A stretch of 64,000 bases of DNA from Paragordius varius (GCA_964247055.1 OZ176059.1:2914001-2978000), one strand, 5' to 3'; positions 51,601 to 63,444 are shown, numbered from the stretch's first letter. The notes: a model not told the origin generated them from the sequence alone. Made by a program: numbers and translations.

Positions 51601-53347
51601 TAAAAAAATATAGCTGAATAAAAATTTTTCTCAAAGTTAAAGCCGATTACCCTCATTTTCCCTAATCAGCACAAAAAAATTCTTTTGTGCGCTGCGTAGC
51701 ACACAAAAAGAGGTTTGACTGTATAGTAATATTTGGATTTTTAATAAACATTTTAAGTTTTTACCTTGACATTTATGAGAATGGGAGAATCCAAAGCAAT
51801 GTAATGATCTTCAGTATTTATGGGTATGACAACAAACATTACTTAGAGAATAGATAAATAAAATTTATGGATTTAATAAATATATAAAAGTTGCCAAATT
51901 TGAATAAAAATAATTGGTCATTTTCGAAGGGATATTAAATTATATATATTTGATATTATTTATTTCATATCTAACATTTAAACACAATCCTCCACAATGA
52001 TACAGGTCGCTTATATTAAATTATTATCTATATTATATTTTGAACCGAGTCTAAAATATTTTATTGGTTTTTGAATCGTTTTTTAATTTGTGGGATTTTA
52101 TTAACAATAATTTTTTCATGATTAAGATATTCTTATAATTTTGGGATGATTGACAAATTCAGACGGAAATTTGAAAATATCTTTTTTTTTCACTTGTAAT
52201 TGGGTATATGAATGTTTTTTTAGTATTGTAATTACCGTCTCACTTAAACAATTCAATTTATAAATAATTAGTTAATATTATAATTTAATTTTTATGGATG
52301 GATTCAAATTAGCTTTATTAGGATCTCATGGGAAATGTATTTTTTAAATTATTATTGAAAAAAACAGAGGTGGTAAAATTAAAAAATTGAAATTAAACCA
52401 TTTAATAATTATTTTTGTTAATATATACAACTTTCAAACGCTAAATAAAAATTTTACCTGCATCGTTGGGATAATAAATGGCCTGACTTTTGTCAAATGT
52501 CACATTAAAAGTTATGGGTTTCGGACGTATCGGTATATAAATTTCTTCAATAAATTTGTATTTTATATTATCACAAAATAGTTTAATGATGGCCGTTGTC
52601 GTTAAAATTTTACGCGTTCCCCACTTCAAGTCTCGCGTGCCATCCCCTGATGAATAATGCGGATATGGTGTTTTATCGAAATGCTTATCAATCACATTTG
52701 TTTCAATGTGCGATTGAGATCTTGTTTTTAAGGGACTTGTTTTGGATGACTTTTCGTATCGAACCAAGACATCAGAACTTATTATAAATTCAACGGGAGA
52801 TACGGCTATAAAATATGGTGTGTATGGTATAAATACTTATATTAAAACAAAAAGCGTTATGAATTATTTTAAAACAAATATATAAAAAAATATTTGTTTA
52901 AACCAAAGTTTGAGGTTTATTTAAAAATTATATATAAAATAAAATTACCATTATATGATTCAGTTAGGATTTCTTTTGAAAATAGTGGGATATTCTCATG
53001 AGCAAAGTAGCCAAAAATTTGTATGTGGATTGTAATGTTGGGTGCTATGTCAGCAACGTGAATTAATAGTTGTTGTTTGCTATCCAAGATTAGGCTCTTA
53101 GGAGCCCATAACAAATATTTTTGACTAAATTAATAAAACACGTGACAAATATATTTAAATATAGTCGTCTGCTTCATGCAATAAAATAATGGAAAACAAT
53201 TATATCGTTTGGCTATTCTGCATTCAAAAATAAGCATGACATGAAATATTAAAATTAAATTAATGCTGTATTATACCTCCTAAACAATGGTATCTGGAAT
53301 AATAAGATAGCAATTGTAAATATTTCAAAAATGGATTTGTGTTTCAT
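16634..53347 (-). CDS. Divergent complement C3-like protein (A2M/TEP family with C345C/NTR domain), multi-exon, secreted
   Basis: Collinear exons with compatible phases where adjacent. Signal peptide 53347-53277 (MKHKSIFEIFTIAILLFQIPLFR). MG1 from 53124 (KYLLWAPKSLILD). MG2: VTFDKSQAIYYPND (~52470), LPANCEYGVWHVEA (~50970). 48142-47883: IPILPNMYPKFRVIVY..AYDWLDIE..C. 47171-47019. LNK 45251-45095. 44680-44620. MG6/7: ILDRNSVWDI..FQLPFGDV..VHNF (~42770-42535) and DKLVKWLHVSK (~42000). TED exons 30454-30398, 30336-30190, 30106-29989, 29890-29773, 29674-29518, 29155-28980 and from 28895. MG8 25180-25021 and 24743-24509 (IQPAIIQI..CEFFYTP..C..CICFE). C345C 20018-19926, 19825-19736, 19390-19270, 16784-16634 (WIIDENYYVERW..LNIFIQAM..C*). 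Exons between ~40.7 and 30.5 kb are only partly resolved. Confidence 0.88.
17230..18880. repeat. Degenerate tandem satellite, ~155-bp monomers alternating as a ~285-325-bp dimer
   Basis: The anchor GCGCCACCATA or variants occur at ~17410, 17559, 17710, 17874, 18031, 18201, 18350, 18489 and 18638. It is preceded alternately by AAAACT and AAAAAT. Confidence 0.8.
20365..22681 (-). mobile_element. PIF/Harbinger DNA transposon with ~700-bp inverted arms, internally deleted
   Basis: Termini GGGCCAATTGAATAAAAGCTA / TAGCTTTTATTCAATTGGCCC. Arms 20365-~21054 and ~21967-22681 are reverse complements. The core contains a Harbinger transposase fragment. No clear 3-bp TSD. Confidence 0.88.
21384..21878 (-). 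pseudogene. Harbinger (HARBI1/DDE_Tnp_4-type) transposase fragment
   Basis: Motifs IGCIDCSH, YINRKG, LLGDNGYPLSPWLLTPF and IIERVFGQMKTRFPIL are present. The PGSxHD motif is missing, and the N- and C-termini are truncated. Confidence 0.9.
22750..24420 (-). mobile_element. Degenerate RTE-type non-LTR retrotransposon (RT fragments plus Cys-rich insert)
   Basis: Broken frames encode PIITAEDVSLSMQK; LKLLEHTTKLFKIIVERKIR..FGFQQGVSTSDAIFIL (23673-23921); LEKFGLKI..FPCFICHSEV..IKCTKC..FVCKAC (23079-23396); KGKIYTIAFRPALSYASERW (22753-22986). Confidence 0.85.
25681..27400 (+). mobile_element. Ty3/Gypsy LTR-retrotransposon remnant (gag and decayed protease region)
   Basis: 26428-26796 encodes KARFDFAKLKRSPDESFTKYLLQVKKTA, resembling the Mag-type gag consensus. 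Frameshifted gag continuation at 26802-26996, followed by decayed protease-like text. Possible PBS TGGAGCGGTAGG at 25681. No paired LTR found. Confidence 0.65.
36847..39180 (+). CDS. Small heat-shock protein with three alpha-crystallin (HSP20) domains, 777 aa, intronless CDS
   Basis: Long open frame with raised GC. The TTG start of the track ORF lies upstream of an acceptor (tattacag at 36800), so the ATG at 36847 is preferred. ACD1 ~37762-37992 (LDMKEFLPQDIKVK..KEFNREFTLP..GVMTLEAP). ACD2 ~38503-38730 (LDLNGYDPDDIKV..REFNREYTLP..DGILTIE). ACD3 ~38950-39177 (FDMKDYMPEDIKVK..REFSREYVIP..EGVLTVE). Confidence 0.93.
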   Translation: MNSSSFKPLNNGHSNNNNNTNGYNGSKNHRHTSTLTIPVNINNHGNSIKHGGGAGANYKNGNNTMKQPVNDDGILAHELERMNVKMNELRKSFDDLTSDGQRTSNGRNNDRDGIIGVKIQTKQPPTQSNATSTTAERYYPSARNSSTVNGKSNNGGWSNGNKYFSDNERVIGDVGNGGKHTTASSFATMPRLKQSTTNTYNGLTGAQNNDFGNEFDREIQDFRRNFEDFGRKSTTAYSSASHTDDRHSIKVIHNTDVGKSGRNRSNRDILFGTPDSGLGSSSAANTTLGMGTNIFDGELTGSSNKSLYQVTLDMKEFLPQDIKVKIVDNKLLRVEARMDARTDTGGTVQKEFNREFTLPSNVNTDALVSRIDNYGVMTLEAPYLVSGTNDTVERSSFGRGDGMTDHNISHNKSHNHDFSPNNKYSNSTSRSYSTTKNEFTKPSFNFNKPNKSFFDDAYNNSYHYNPPSTFNNWASGGPASTMPRRKYSLTNNGYGGFGHRKMPSFLDDFPHTPPLWDDFNNHRTDNKFVPSAGMIGTTASAALGLPKSSGDVPFRLKLDLNGYDPDDIKVNVCDNSLLRVQARHEAKGVNGTVSREFNREYTLPAHVDPDTIHSSFSRDGILTIESVATGPAAQERSYIPVKHNNTYKGDSLQNDYTSNKKVFSSDTHHFKDNNSNNNNDAHHITSSSLDNSGITRGTKETPFRLTFDMKDYMPEDIKVKVLGSKLRVEAKHVEESLERGSIIREFSREYVIPTNVEAESLRSSLSNEGVLTVESVL
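42830..42978. mobile_element. Small palindromic MITE (second copy 49531-49670)
   Basis: GGCCAAT.GGTAATACAGTAGCGTAT ... ATA.G.TACTGTATT termini and interior are shared between 42830-42978 (reverse orientation) and 49531-49670. Confidence 0.7.
43051..43242. mobile_element. TA-flanked palindromic MITE (~190 bp)
   Basis: TA|CAGTATGAGTAAGTATATATTGCTAG..CCAAATAGCATATGCAGCA is mirrored by TGTTGTATATGCTATTTGG..CTAGCAATGTATACTTAAACGTACTG|TA. Confidence 0.75.
43915..44217. mobile_element. MITE family A copy
   Basis: TATACCATTTACA ... TGTAAATGGTATA termini, with about five 21-bp repeats on the left and one on the right. Degenerate copies at ~2430-2680, ~41746-41972 and ~48755-49103. Confidence 0.85.
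44248..44508. mobile_element. hAT-type MITE (~260 bp)
   Basis: CAGGGGTGGCCAACA ... TGTTGGACAGCCCTA. The 8-bp flanks GCGTAAAA / GTCTAAAA match at 6/8, consistent with a decayed TSD. Same end family as 5936-7538. Confidence 0.75.
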
Positions 53348-54692
53348 TTCAATTATGTTTTTGGCACGCTTTTAAAATTTTATATATCTTGTATATCAGC
53401 GCATTCCTCTCATAATTTCCAACAAATTTTCTACTGCGGAATATGGGATCAGATTTTGATGATATGGAAAAATCGTTATTTCGATAGTTTTTTTATAGAT
53501 TAAAAGGATAAAAATTGCTGAGAACTTTATTCCAAGACATATTATTAATGAATTGGATTGTTATGGTAGTATCCCGAATTCCGACATTTAAAAAAGTACA
53601 TTGTTTTAATTCATAATTAGAAAGAAACACCGCGCATGTTAAAATCATAGATTATGTTTTGACTTTAAGAATCCAATGATTTTATATATGTAATGACTTT
53701 TGTATATTTATATTACTATTATTGCTCTTTTTTTGATGCAAGCACATTTAAAAGTTTTTTTATTTAGTATTATTTTTTTTCTAAAATGAGCTTTTCTTAC
53801 CTTCATTATTTTTTTACATGCTGTTGTTTTTTTTACATAACGTGTTTCAATGAGGGATGGATAAATATATTTACAACAGGTAATGTAAATATGATTAAGT
53901 TTCCATATTTATTATATATAAGTATGAAAAGGTGTAAACAATATTAATTATAGTATTATTATAGATTCAAATTTTTCGGTATTTTTTGAATACATTATTT
54001 GTTTTATTTATGCAAATCACTTAATTGGGTAATGTGTATAAACACTAGTATCGTATCGTTGCCTAATCAAATTTTTAGTCATAATGTCTGATATATAAAA
54101 TTGTGTAATTTGCATATTATATGGTTAAATATATTTAAATAAAAATAATAAAAATTACATAATATTTTTCTTTTCGTTTTCCACTTTGACCCTAATGTTT
54201 GCCGGAAAAGAAAGGTTCCTTAATAAACAGTATTTATTGAAGTGCCATAAATGTTCCCCTATAAATTTTCAAAATGCTCAAAAAACACTTAAATAAATGC
54301 CTATTTAAATATTTCTTTCATATAAAATGGAAATTGCAGGATTGAGCAGGTTTATTTCGGCGACAGCGATAAATTTGAGGTGAAACTAATAATATTTATC
54401 AAATAATTTTAGTTTTTTTTAAAATTTATTATGTCTATATATATATATAGACATTACACAAAATCAGGGGCATAAAATGTATCCTTATATAATAATTATT
54501 GAAATATGTATCCAAATTGTTATGGTATTTTTCTATATGGGATGATATATATTATTATTTTTAAGATATTGGTTCTAATGAAATAATGGGGAAATTAGCA
54601 GAGATTTATACCTTAAATTTTCATTTTTAAACGATTACAGGGTTAGTTTTGTATCCTAATTATGGCTGTACCGAGCTGTATTAAAATTTTGG

Positions 54693-55223
54693 TATATAAT
54701 TTACACTTCAAAAGTCTCCTTTAACTCTTCAAGTTGCCTTAACTTTCTTAATTTGTTTTTAACTTTTATCAATAGAACCATCAATCATTCATATATTTTA
54801 TCATTTACACTAACGCTGATTTAACCAAACAGAAACCGTACTATTAAATTCTTATAAAATAGTTTTATTTTAATAAGATTTTAACATTTAATCGAATAAA
54901 TATTAGTTTTCTGGGTTATTAATTACAATTTTTCATTGAAAACATCTATAATTAAATAAAATTGTTGAATAGGATAAATTAGTAATAAAAAAGTGGTTTT
55001 TATGAAAATTACCAGTTTAAAATGAATAAATATTTAATCAATCAAAAAATTACTTTAAAAAATAGTTTAATAAATAGATACATGCAAACTTTATGGTTGA
55101 TCCAAAAATGTTTAAGGATCAACTTAAGTGATCAAGGACCAACTTGAAGTGTTCAAAGACCACTTGAATTGTTAAAGACCAATTTAAAGTGTTCAATGAC
55201 ATTCTTAAAGTGCCAATGGTATA
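54693..55223. mobile_element. MITE family B copy
   Basis: ACACTTCAA repeats at the left, GACCAACTTGAAGTGTTCAAAGAC repeats and GTGCCAATGGTATA at the right. Interior homologous to 4420-4991. Confidence 0.7.
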
Positions 55224-55540
55224 TTAACAGCCAACTTTAAAATAAGTTTAAAAGAATGCTGGTAGAATATTCGATAGCTTTCCAAAGTATTTACATTTAA
55301 CCATATATAAATTTATTTGCATTTGTATTTATGATTCAAAAGAGCTAAGGACAAAAAATGGCTGCGAAAAAGTTTAAAAAAGAAGTTTTTTTGAACTATG
55401 CACCTAAGAAAGTATATTTTAATATATAGACCAATACTTTAATTACTTTTATTAAAGTTTAAATGGCTGTGGGGTATAAACCTACCCAAAAAATGATGAA
55501 GTGTTATGGACAAAATATGAGGGTAAGATATATTATCCGA

Positions 55541-55575
<35 letters not shown>

Positions 55576-56059
55576 TCCTGATAAATAACGCATCGAAATT
55601 CTCATGTTTTTATTGGGGCTTACGAGCTATATAAGTATTTCCACTTTTGAGGTAATTGCTACAAATAAATCGCAAAATCATATCGAATAAATAATTTTTG
55701 AAAGACATAAGATTTTTTCCAAATATATAATAGGCACAAAAAATATCCCGATGAACATAATCTGATAAATTCAGTATTTTCATGGTGCCTTTGGTTTCTG
55801 GCCTTGCAAGGAATATAAGAAAAATATTTACAATTTTGTACTATTGCTATATATCGAAAACTTGCAAACTTTTTGGGTGGAATCCAAGAGCTTTATTCTT
55901 GTAAAATCATACAAATATGTTGAAACTATTTTTTAAAAAAACAATATTATTAAACTTAAACGTCGCCATTGTAAAATGGAAAAACGAACATTCATCCAAA
56001 TGGTACACACATGCGTTTTTATATATAACCAGCGTCCACTAAAAAAATAACCCTTTCTC

Positions 56060-57150
56060 TATATTTTCTGGTAGGAAAATGTATCAGGATTATCATGATG
56101 CTTTTGGTGCTGCGAGTGATATGAATAAGTTACACTTTTTTGGTAAGTCTCCATAAAAATGGCAAAATTTGCCCATATTTTTTTGATAAATATTTTTGGC
56201 TTCATTCCAGAAAATATTACTAATACATATCAAAAACTCCATATAAAAGCAAAACAATATTTTTAAAAAATTTTTTATGTAAGCTTCGAAATTCCCGAAT
56301 TTTTTTGTTTTTCTAAAATGGGCTAGTGCTCATTAGATAAACGCAAAAATGCGGGGATTGCGCAATAGTTTTTAAATCTAAATTTTGACATTTAAGTAAA
56401 ATATTTTTTAAAAAATGCATACTTTTTTAAAAAATTTAATTTTTAGCAAATTTTGTTGAAGCGTACTTTATACTAGTTTGACGCGTAGTGGAAACGGTTT
56501 AAAAACAATATAATAAGTTATAAAAACAGTTTTTCTATATAATTTGATGATTCTGAACATCATAGAATTTAATTCAAGTATTCGTTCCTCTTCCGATTTA
56601 TTTTAAATATAAATTAAGTTTTGTAACAATTATCCTGGAAAAACTTAAAGTAAACGAACCTTAAAAATTAAATTCTGAAGCGATAGAAATATTTAGCATT
56701 TAATTATCTCGAAAAAGTTTTTTTTTATAATATCCAAATATATCGTTTCAGAAAACTTCGCTAAAAATTTATTTTTTGTATAAAATACACATTTTATTAA
56801 AATATTTTTTATAATATCAAAATATTGTATATATTTAAAATTTTTATCGCGCAATCCCGGCATTTTTGAGTTTATTTTAAAAGAACTACCCGTTTTATGA
56901 AAAAATTTGGGACTTTCGGAAGCCACATCTAAAAATAAAATTTTTTAAATTATTGTTTTTCTTTTCAAAGTAGTTTATGATCTATTTTGGTAATATTTTT
57001 TGGAAATTATTACAAAAAATATGGTCAAATTTTGTCATTTTCTGATATGAAGCACTTAGCACAAAAGTATAAATAACTATCTTATATCACTCGTTACGGC
57101 CAAAACCAAAACACTATGATAATCCAGATATATTTTTCTATCAGAATATA
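56060..57150. mobile_element. Old degenerate foldback element (inverted arms ~56060-56330 and ~56880-57150)
   Basis: The reverse complement of 56880-57150 aligns by eye with 56060-56330 (TATC.GGATTATCAT..TTTTGG..GAGTGATAT..CAAAATTTG.CCATATTTTTT..). Related subrepeats near 55760, 57520 and 58000. Confidence 0.6.
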
Positions 57151-58498
57151 TTTATTTTATCAGGATATTTTTTCATGACCCCCGATTTTGTACACTGTGT
57201 TATGGAAAGAAGATCTATCTTACGAAGTCAAGGACGATAAAGGATATAGCCGAAAACAGGCGAATTAATACAAAAAGACGAGAACATCTCTTAATAATTG
57301 TTCCATTCTTGCCAACCTCCAATTCTTACGTAAACAATAAACCCAGTAACATAACGCTATCAATACTAACACAGGACCAATACCCCTAGAAAATGTTTTA
57401 TTGTAGCAAATTTAACCCAAACCTATTAGGGAAAAAACGTACATATAGTATTTGATATACACAGGTCTTTATTTTATATGTTTATAAATCGGGGGGGGGG
57501 GGGGGATGAATATCTTGATGTATCAGGAATATCATGACTTTAGTTTTGGATATATGAGTGATATAAGAAAGTTATAATCTTTTGTGGTAACTGCTTCGTA
57601 TTCAAATTTAGCGTTTGCGCAATTTTGCTAAATAATATATTTTTAGTAAGTTAGAATAAACAATATTTGGAGATCAAATTGAAAATGACATTTTGTTAAA
57701 AACACAACTTATATCTTAATATAGCGAACACATATTTTTTTCAAAATCCGGGGTGTTAAAATTGTTCAGCATCGTCGAATTATATCGAGAGAGTGTTTTA
57801 TATTTTAAAGTGTTCATATACAGTTTTCACCATGCTTCAAATATCACGAAACTCGCTTCACCAAATTTTTGTCATAAATAAAATTAAGCAAATATATAAT
57901 TTTAAACAGTGATGTTAAAATTTGGCATTTTTTTGCTTCCGCCAAAGCTTTTTTCAGCAAAATGTGCGGAGATTTATCTAATTCTAATATGGAACAAAGG
58001 CAAAAAGTGGTCACACTTTCTTAAATCAGTCACAAGGCCAAAACCAAAAAAGCCCTAATAACCAAAAGAATATGATAATATTTGTTATATCCACATTTTG
58101 TGCACTGGTAATTCATAAGCGCTACAACTGATAGATTTCGCGATTGAAATATATAAATTTTACCAAGATATATATTTTGGATACACTACGCAATACTAGT
58201 CATTGATTGTATTATTATGCATAAAGTTTTTTTCAATTATCCAAATATTTTACCTAAAGAAGCTATTATAAAATATTCTAAAAAGAATTAAAAAAGTAGT
58301 GCTCAATTATTTTTACATGTGTTTAGTGTGCACCCATTATAGCGCATGAATTTTATTCGTCTGCTAGGCTTATCTTATAATTTTATATTTTATATTGCTC
58401 TACAATTAGTTAAATCAGCCTGGTAGGACCACTCATGTAAAATTTATTTTTAAAGCTATTTAAACGATACAATTTTACTTTTATTGTAATTAATACAG

Positions 58499-61137
58499 AT
58501 ATGCCTCATCATATAAATCAATGGAAGAAAGTAGCTATCAAAGCATCCGAGTCCATAAATAATCCATGGGAAAACTTTGATTTTGAACTGGTAAACCTTT
58601 TATCAATATTTATATGTATCATGATAAAACAGAAATGTGAGAGAGCTTATCGATGGAAATACGATTCTAAATCACACAAATGGTCAAAATCAGTTATATA
58701 TGTTAAAATGGAAAAACAATCATTTGATTCGGGCGCCCAAAGATGGTGCTATCGATTGTAAGTATTCTTAGTAAAATTGATTATAATTTAGAAAAAAGCT
58801 TCCTACCATATACAACAAGAAAGGTATCCTGGTACATGAACCTGATGAAAATGATATACAACAAAAGGGAGTTAGTCAATGGTTAACAGCCTCAAATTAT
58901 ATTGCCAAAGCTTACAAAATTCCCCAAACACGAGAAGTCTATGAACGTGATGTTCAACTACAAATGGATTTAAAGTTATGGGCCCAACAATACAATAAAT
59001 TTAATCCACCTAAACCGGTTAAAACAAATTTTTTTATCATGCAATTTTCTTATTTATTATAAAAAACAAATGGTAATACCACTCACCTCTTTCATCGTGT
59101 TTTGATTTATTGTAAATTTTATCATATTCTCGATTAGATAAAGCAAAATCATAAATTAGTGGAAAAAATATAATCGCTTAGCTTATAGGATGCTAGGTTT
59201 AAATGTTGTGTTTTTTTGGAATGTGTTCATGTTTATGCTTTCATGATTTACAGATTTTTCTAAAAACATATTACTTCCAAATTTATAAAAACGTTTGATT
59301 TAATATACATAAATTAATTTGAATAACCTTTAAAAAAGCCGAGATTTTATTCTTTTTTAGTAAGAATAAATATAAATGCTTACTTTGCCAATTTTATATC
59401 ATTCAAATTCAATAAATTAAATAATTTAAAAATTCTACAAAATGTTATGAAGCATTCATGCGTTTTGTGATTGAGAGTTAAAATTTGGTACATTCATCTA
59501 ATTGTTGTCAAATATACATATAATGAAAGATAATTATAAAAACCGTTTGTATTTTACAAACTTTAGCTCATTTAATTGCTTCAAAATAAATTTAGTTTTA
59601 GTAATTTGGATCGCAGAGTTGTATAGAAGAGATATAAACACATTGTTGGCTCTTAACTTATAACTTTTATAATATATGTTTTTCTTGGTTTCACTCCAAT
59701 TACTCATTTGTCAAAATGGCTAAAACTTATAAAATACTTTTATTGTTAATATTGGTAAATAAATTTTGACATACTATTTTTGTAAAAATTATATTATTTT
59801 TGTACAAAATTGACACTATAACACTTACCTTAAATTATATATAAATAAACTTTACCATGTAGCCGATATATAGTTAAATAAATATCTTTAAAATCTTGCC
59901 TGAAATCATATTATCATACTTTGAAATACTGTTTTTAAACAAATATTACCGCTAACATATAGATTGATATCATACAAATGACAATGTTGGAGTTTTTAGA
60001 TCGTTCGGATAATCAGGAAAAGTTTTATCACCTTGAACGCTATATTGAAGGGGAATACGTTAAATATAATTCCAATACAGGATTTGTATTGGATAAAGAT
60101 ATACGAATGACTCCGCAAGTTTTTTTATTTTTTTATTTCTTTGGTTGTTTTGTAGTTTTTTAGGGTTGAGCTTTTAACCATAAATGTAATAAACGGTTTG
60201 ACCGCTCTTAAATGCAGTCATTAGGGGTAATAATCGGTCAATATATAAATGGAAATGTATAGAATTAACTAAAAATTAAGGAAAATTAATCATATATCCA
60301 ATAATTTAGAAAGTATATTTTTGCTTAAACTTAAATTTTCCCATTATTCCTATATAATGATTATTTTATATGCCAATTTAGGCATTTAGTCATTTTACGT
60401 TTGAACGGTCAGGCCATGCACTTATAGTGGTAGATATACAAGGGGTCGGAGACCTGTGGACTGATCCCCAGATTCATACGTGCCACGGCACCGAATATAA
60501 TGATGGAAATTTAGGTATAATTCATATTTTTTGAATAAGATAATATTTAAAAGCAATTTTAATGAAATAATATTATTTGTTTAATTGTTGTTTTAAATCA
60601 CATATCATATTCGACCTAAATTTAATCATTTTATATTACAGTCATGTATGTTTAGAATTGTCAAACATACGTTTTTATTTGATTTTACTTTGTTTTTAAT
60701 TGTTATGATGTTTGATATGTCAGCTTTCAACATGCGCATTAAGCCTTAAAATAATAATACCCTATTTATTGTAAACAATAAAACAAAGTATAATCAATTA
60801 AACACGTATGTTTGACAATACTATACATACATGACTGTATTATTAACCTCATATTTCACTTAAAAACTTTAAATTAATTTTTACACATTTTAAATTCACT
60901 AAATTATAATTTTCAGCTAAATTAAATCGTATAATATGTCCATTATATTTATTACTCTATTTCGCTATTTTTTACATTTTAGGTAATTTATTTAGACTTG
61001 TTTTTATATACTGAAATACATGTAGCTTGTGAATTTAAAATGTTTAAGGGTAAATTTAACATTGTGTTTTAAACACCTTATATGTTATTTTTCCTGTATA
61101 CTTTTAAAAAATTATGTATTTTGTTTAAATTCTTTTT

Positions 61138-61178
<41 letters not shown>

Positions 61179-62009
61179 AGGTATACGCGGGATGGCATTA
61201 TTCTTTCATTCTCATGCTTGTAATAGCTTGTGTCGTTTCTTAAACCTATCACCCTTTGATTTGGCTCCATTGGAAAAGGGAACTCAACTTAATGCTCTTT
61301 ATCACCTTGATGAAGTATATCATATTATTCAAAATATAATACCGACTTTTTAACTTTAATAAAACAACTATACTTTATTAATCACAGGCATATTGGAATT
61401 ATGGTTTTTTATTGTTAAAAGTTGTATTAATTTTGTTTTTTCTTGCTATATATATTTTAAAAATTCGGCAAGGGGTGAAAATAAAATATATACACACAGA
61501 GAACTACTCATTTGATAATTTTCTTATTGACTAATTAAAAGACTTATATAATCAATAATATGGGTGTTTACTTTATCATAACTTTTTAGTAGATTTTTTT
61601 TAATGACTTAGTTATCAAAATACTGAAATAATTTAAGTTGGATAGATCGACTTTTTTTGATATACGATGTTTCTCTAAAAATAAGTTAAATGTAATGTTA
61701 TAGTGAGTTAGGAACTTGTATTATATTATATAGCGTTATATAGGTAATTAATGAAAAAAAACTAATATCAAAATGTGTTACGCTAAAATCAATTAAATTT
61801 AAGATATATTAAAGTAATAAAATATATTACAATTTATTATGATTGTGAAAAATTTTGATATCCATTAAACTCATATAATATGTTACATATATCTCATTAT
61901 ATATGTACGGCATCAAAGTTCATTATAATGCGTTATTTTGTTCAAAAACAACTTAAATCACACGCATCTCAAAGCTTAATTTTATATTTAAAGAATAATT
62001 TTTTTAATT

Positions 62010-62048
<39 letters not shown>

Positions 62049-62880
62049 CCAAATTTTAAAGAAAAAGGGGAAATTTTTAAATAAAAGTCTTGCCGATAAT
62101 CAGTCATATTTTATTTTTCCCTCAATCAGAATTTTTATAAGGCACTGGTCCATTTTTGTAAATTAAATTTTTTAGGAATATTCGATTGATTGCCATGAAA
62201 CAGAAAACCCACAACAATCTGATAATCATAATAATAATGATCTCTTGAATGGAAATGGATATAGACGAACAACTATTATCCCTTTAAGTTTTTAATTGAT
62301 ATCTAATATTTATAAATTATATAAATATTTTTTTTGTAATAATTTTTATAAAATATTACAAAAAATATGTTTCAAATTAAGGGTAAGATATATATATATA
62401 AATTTTGACCTGCCATTTCCGATTTGATATTTAATAAATTAATCATTTGTCAAACTGGTTTGTAAAAAATAATAACTTATATGCCCCAAAATCGATGAAT
62501 GATATCTTAATTTGATTGATTAATTTTTTCCTTTGTTGTACCTCGTGTTAATTGTGAGACAAATTGACGTAGTGTGTTATTACCCCTCCTGGATAAACTT
62601 CTATTAATTGGAAATTGTTAAACGAATTTAGAACATGTTTTTTTTGCGTTCATATATATAATAAATTTTGACTTTATTATATATATATATTACCATAAAA
62701 ACTTTTTCAGATGTAAAAATGAGTTAAAATACAAAAATAATGTTATACAATATAGGTTTGACATTGTTCTCACTTATAATTATTATAAATATTAATGAAA
62801 CGGTTAAATAATTGTGATAGTGATTTAAATACCCACAAAAAGGAAAGCAATGGAAGGGACTTAATATTTTTGTCCAGCAA

Positions 62881-62931
<51 letters not shown>

Positions 62932-63444
62932 ATTTGCGTTATGTATTTGTAGATTCAATATCAAGCACAGAAGCGAATAGTGTCTTGGAGTGCGAAGTAA
63001 TTTTTATTTGTAAATGGATTGTTTTAAATATCATTTTTTTAATAATTATATAGTTAATCCAAATATAATCTCAAAGTATCATGAAAAATCGTATAAATTG
63101 CTTCTAGTTGAAAAAGAAACAACAAATCACTTTTTACAGGCTATATTAACAAACACTTTAACAATTAGAATATATATATATATATATATATGATGCATTA
63201 TAAATCATGTTAATTTAAACATCATATAACGCTAACAAATATTTATATTTTATTATTGATATTTTATTATGTGTAGAATACCTGTGATGATGAAATTTTA
63301 TACCACAGTTCCATGTTAAGACATCGACCTTCTTGCATTGATGCACAATCCGATGCATTTTTGTCACAATATTTAAATGGTAATACCAAATCCGAAAGCG
63401 ACACACAAGATTTGATTGAACAAAAAATGTCCATTCTTGGTTTG
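58499..63444 (+). CDS. EEF2K: Eukaryotic elongation factor 2 kinase (alpha-kinase), partial: first exon(s) unresolved, 3' part beyond the window
   Basis: Exons 58499-58590, 58633-58757, 58792-59017, 59963-60118, 60382-60514, 61181-61314, 62176-62287, 62953-62996, 63277-63444, all phase-compatible. Motifs: [111 protein letters not shown]. Confidence 0.95.
62887..62925. repeat. (TA)n microsatellite; others at ~2157, 20668, 22342, 33654, 47403, 55547, 61138, 62014
   Basis: Directly visible dinucleotide runs. Confidence 0.95.
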
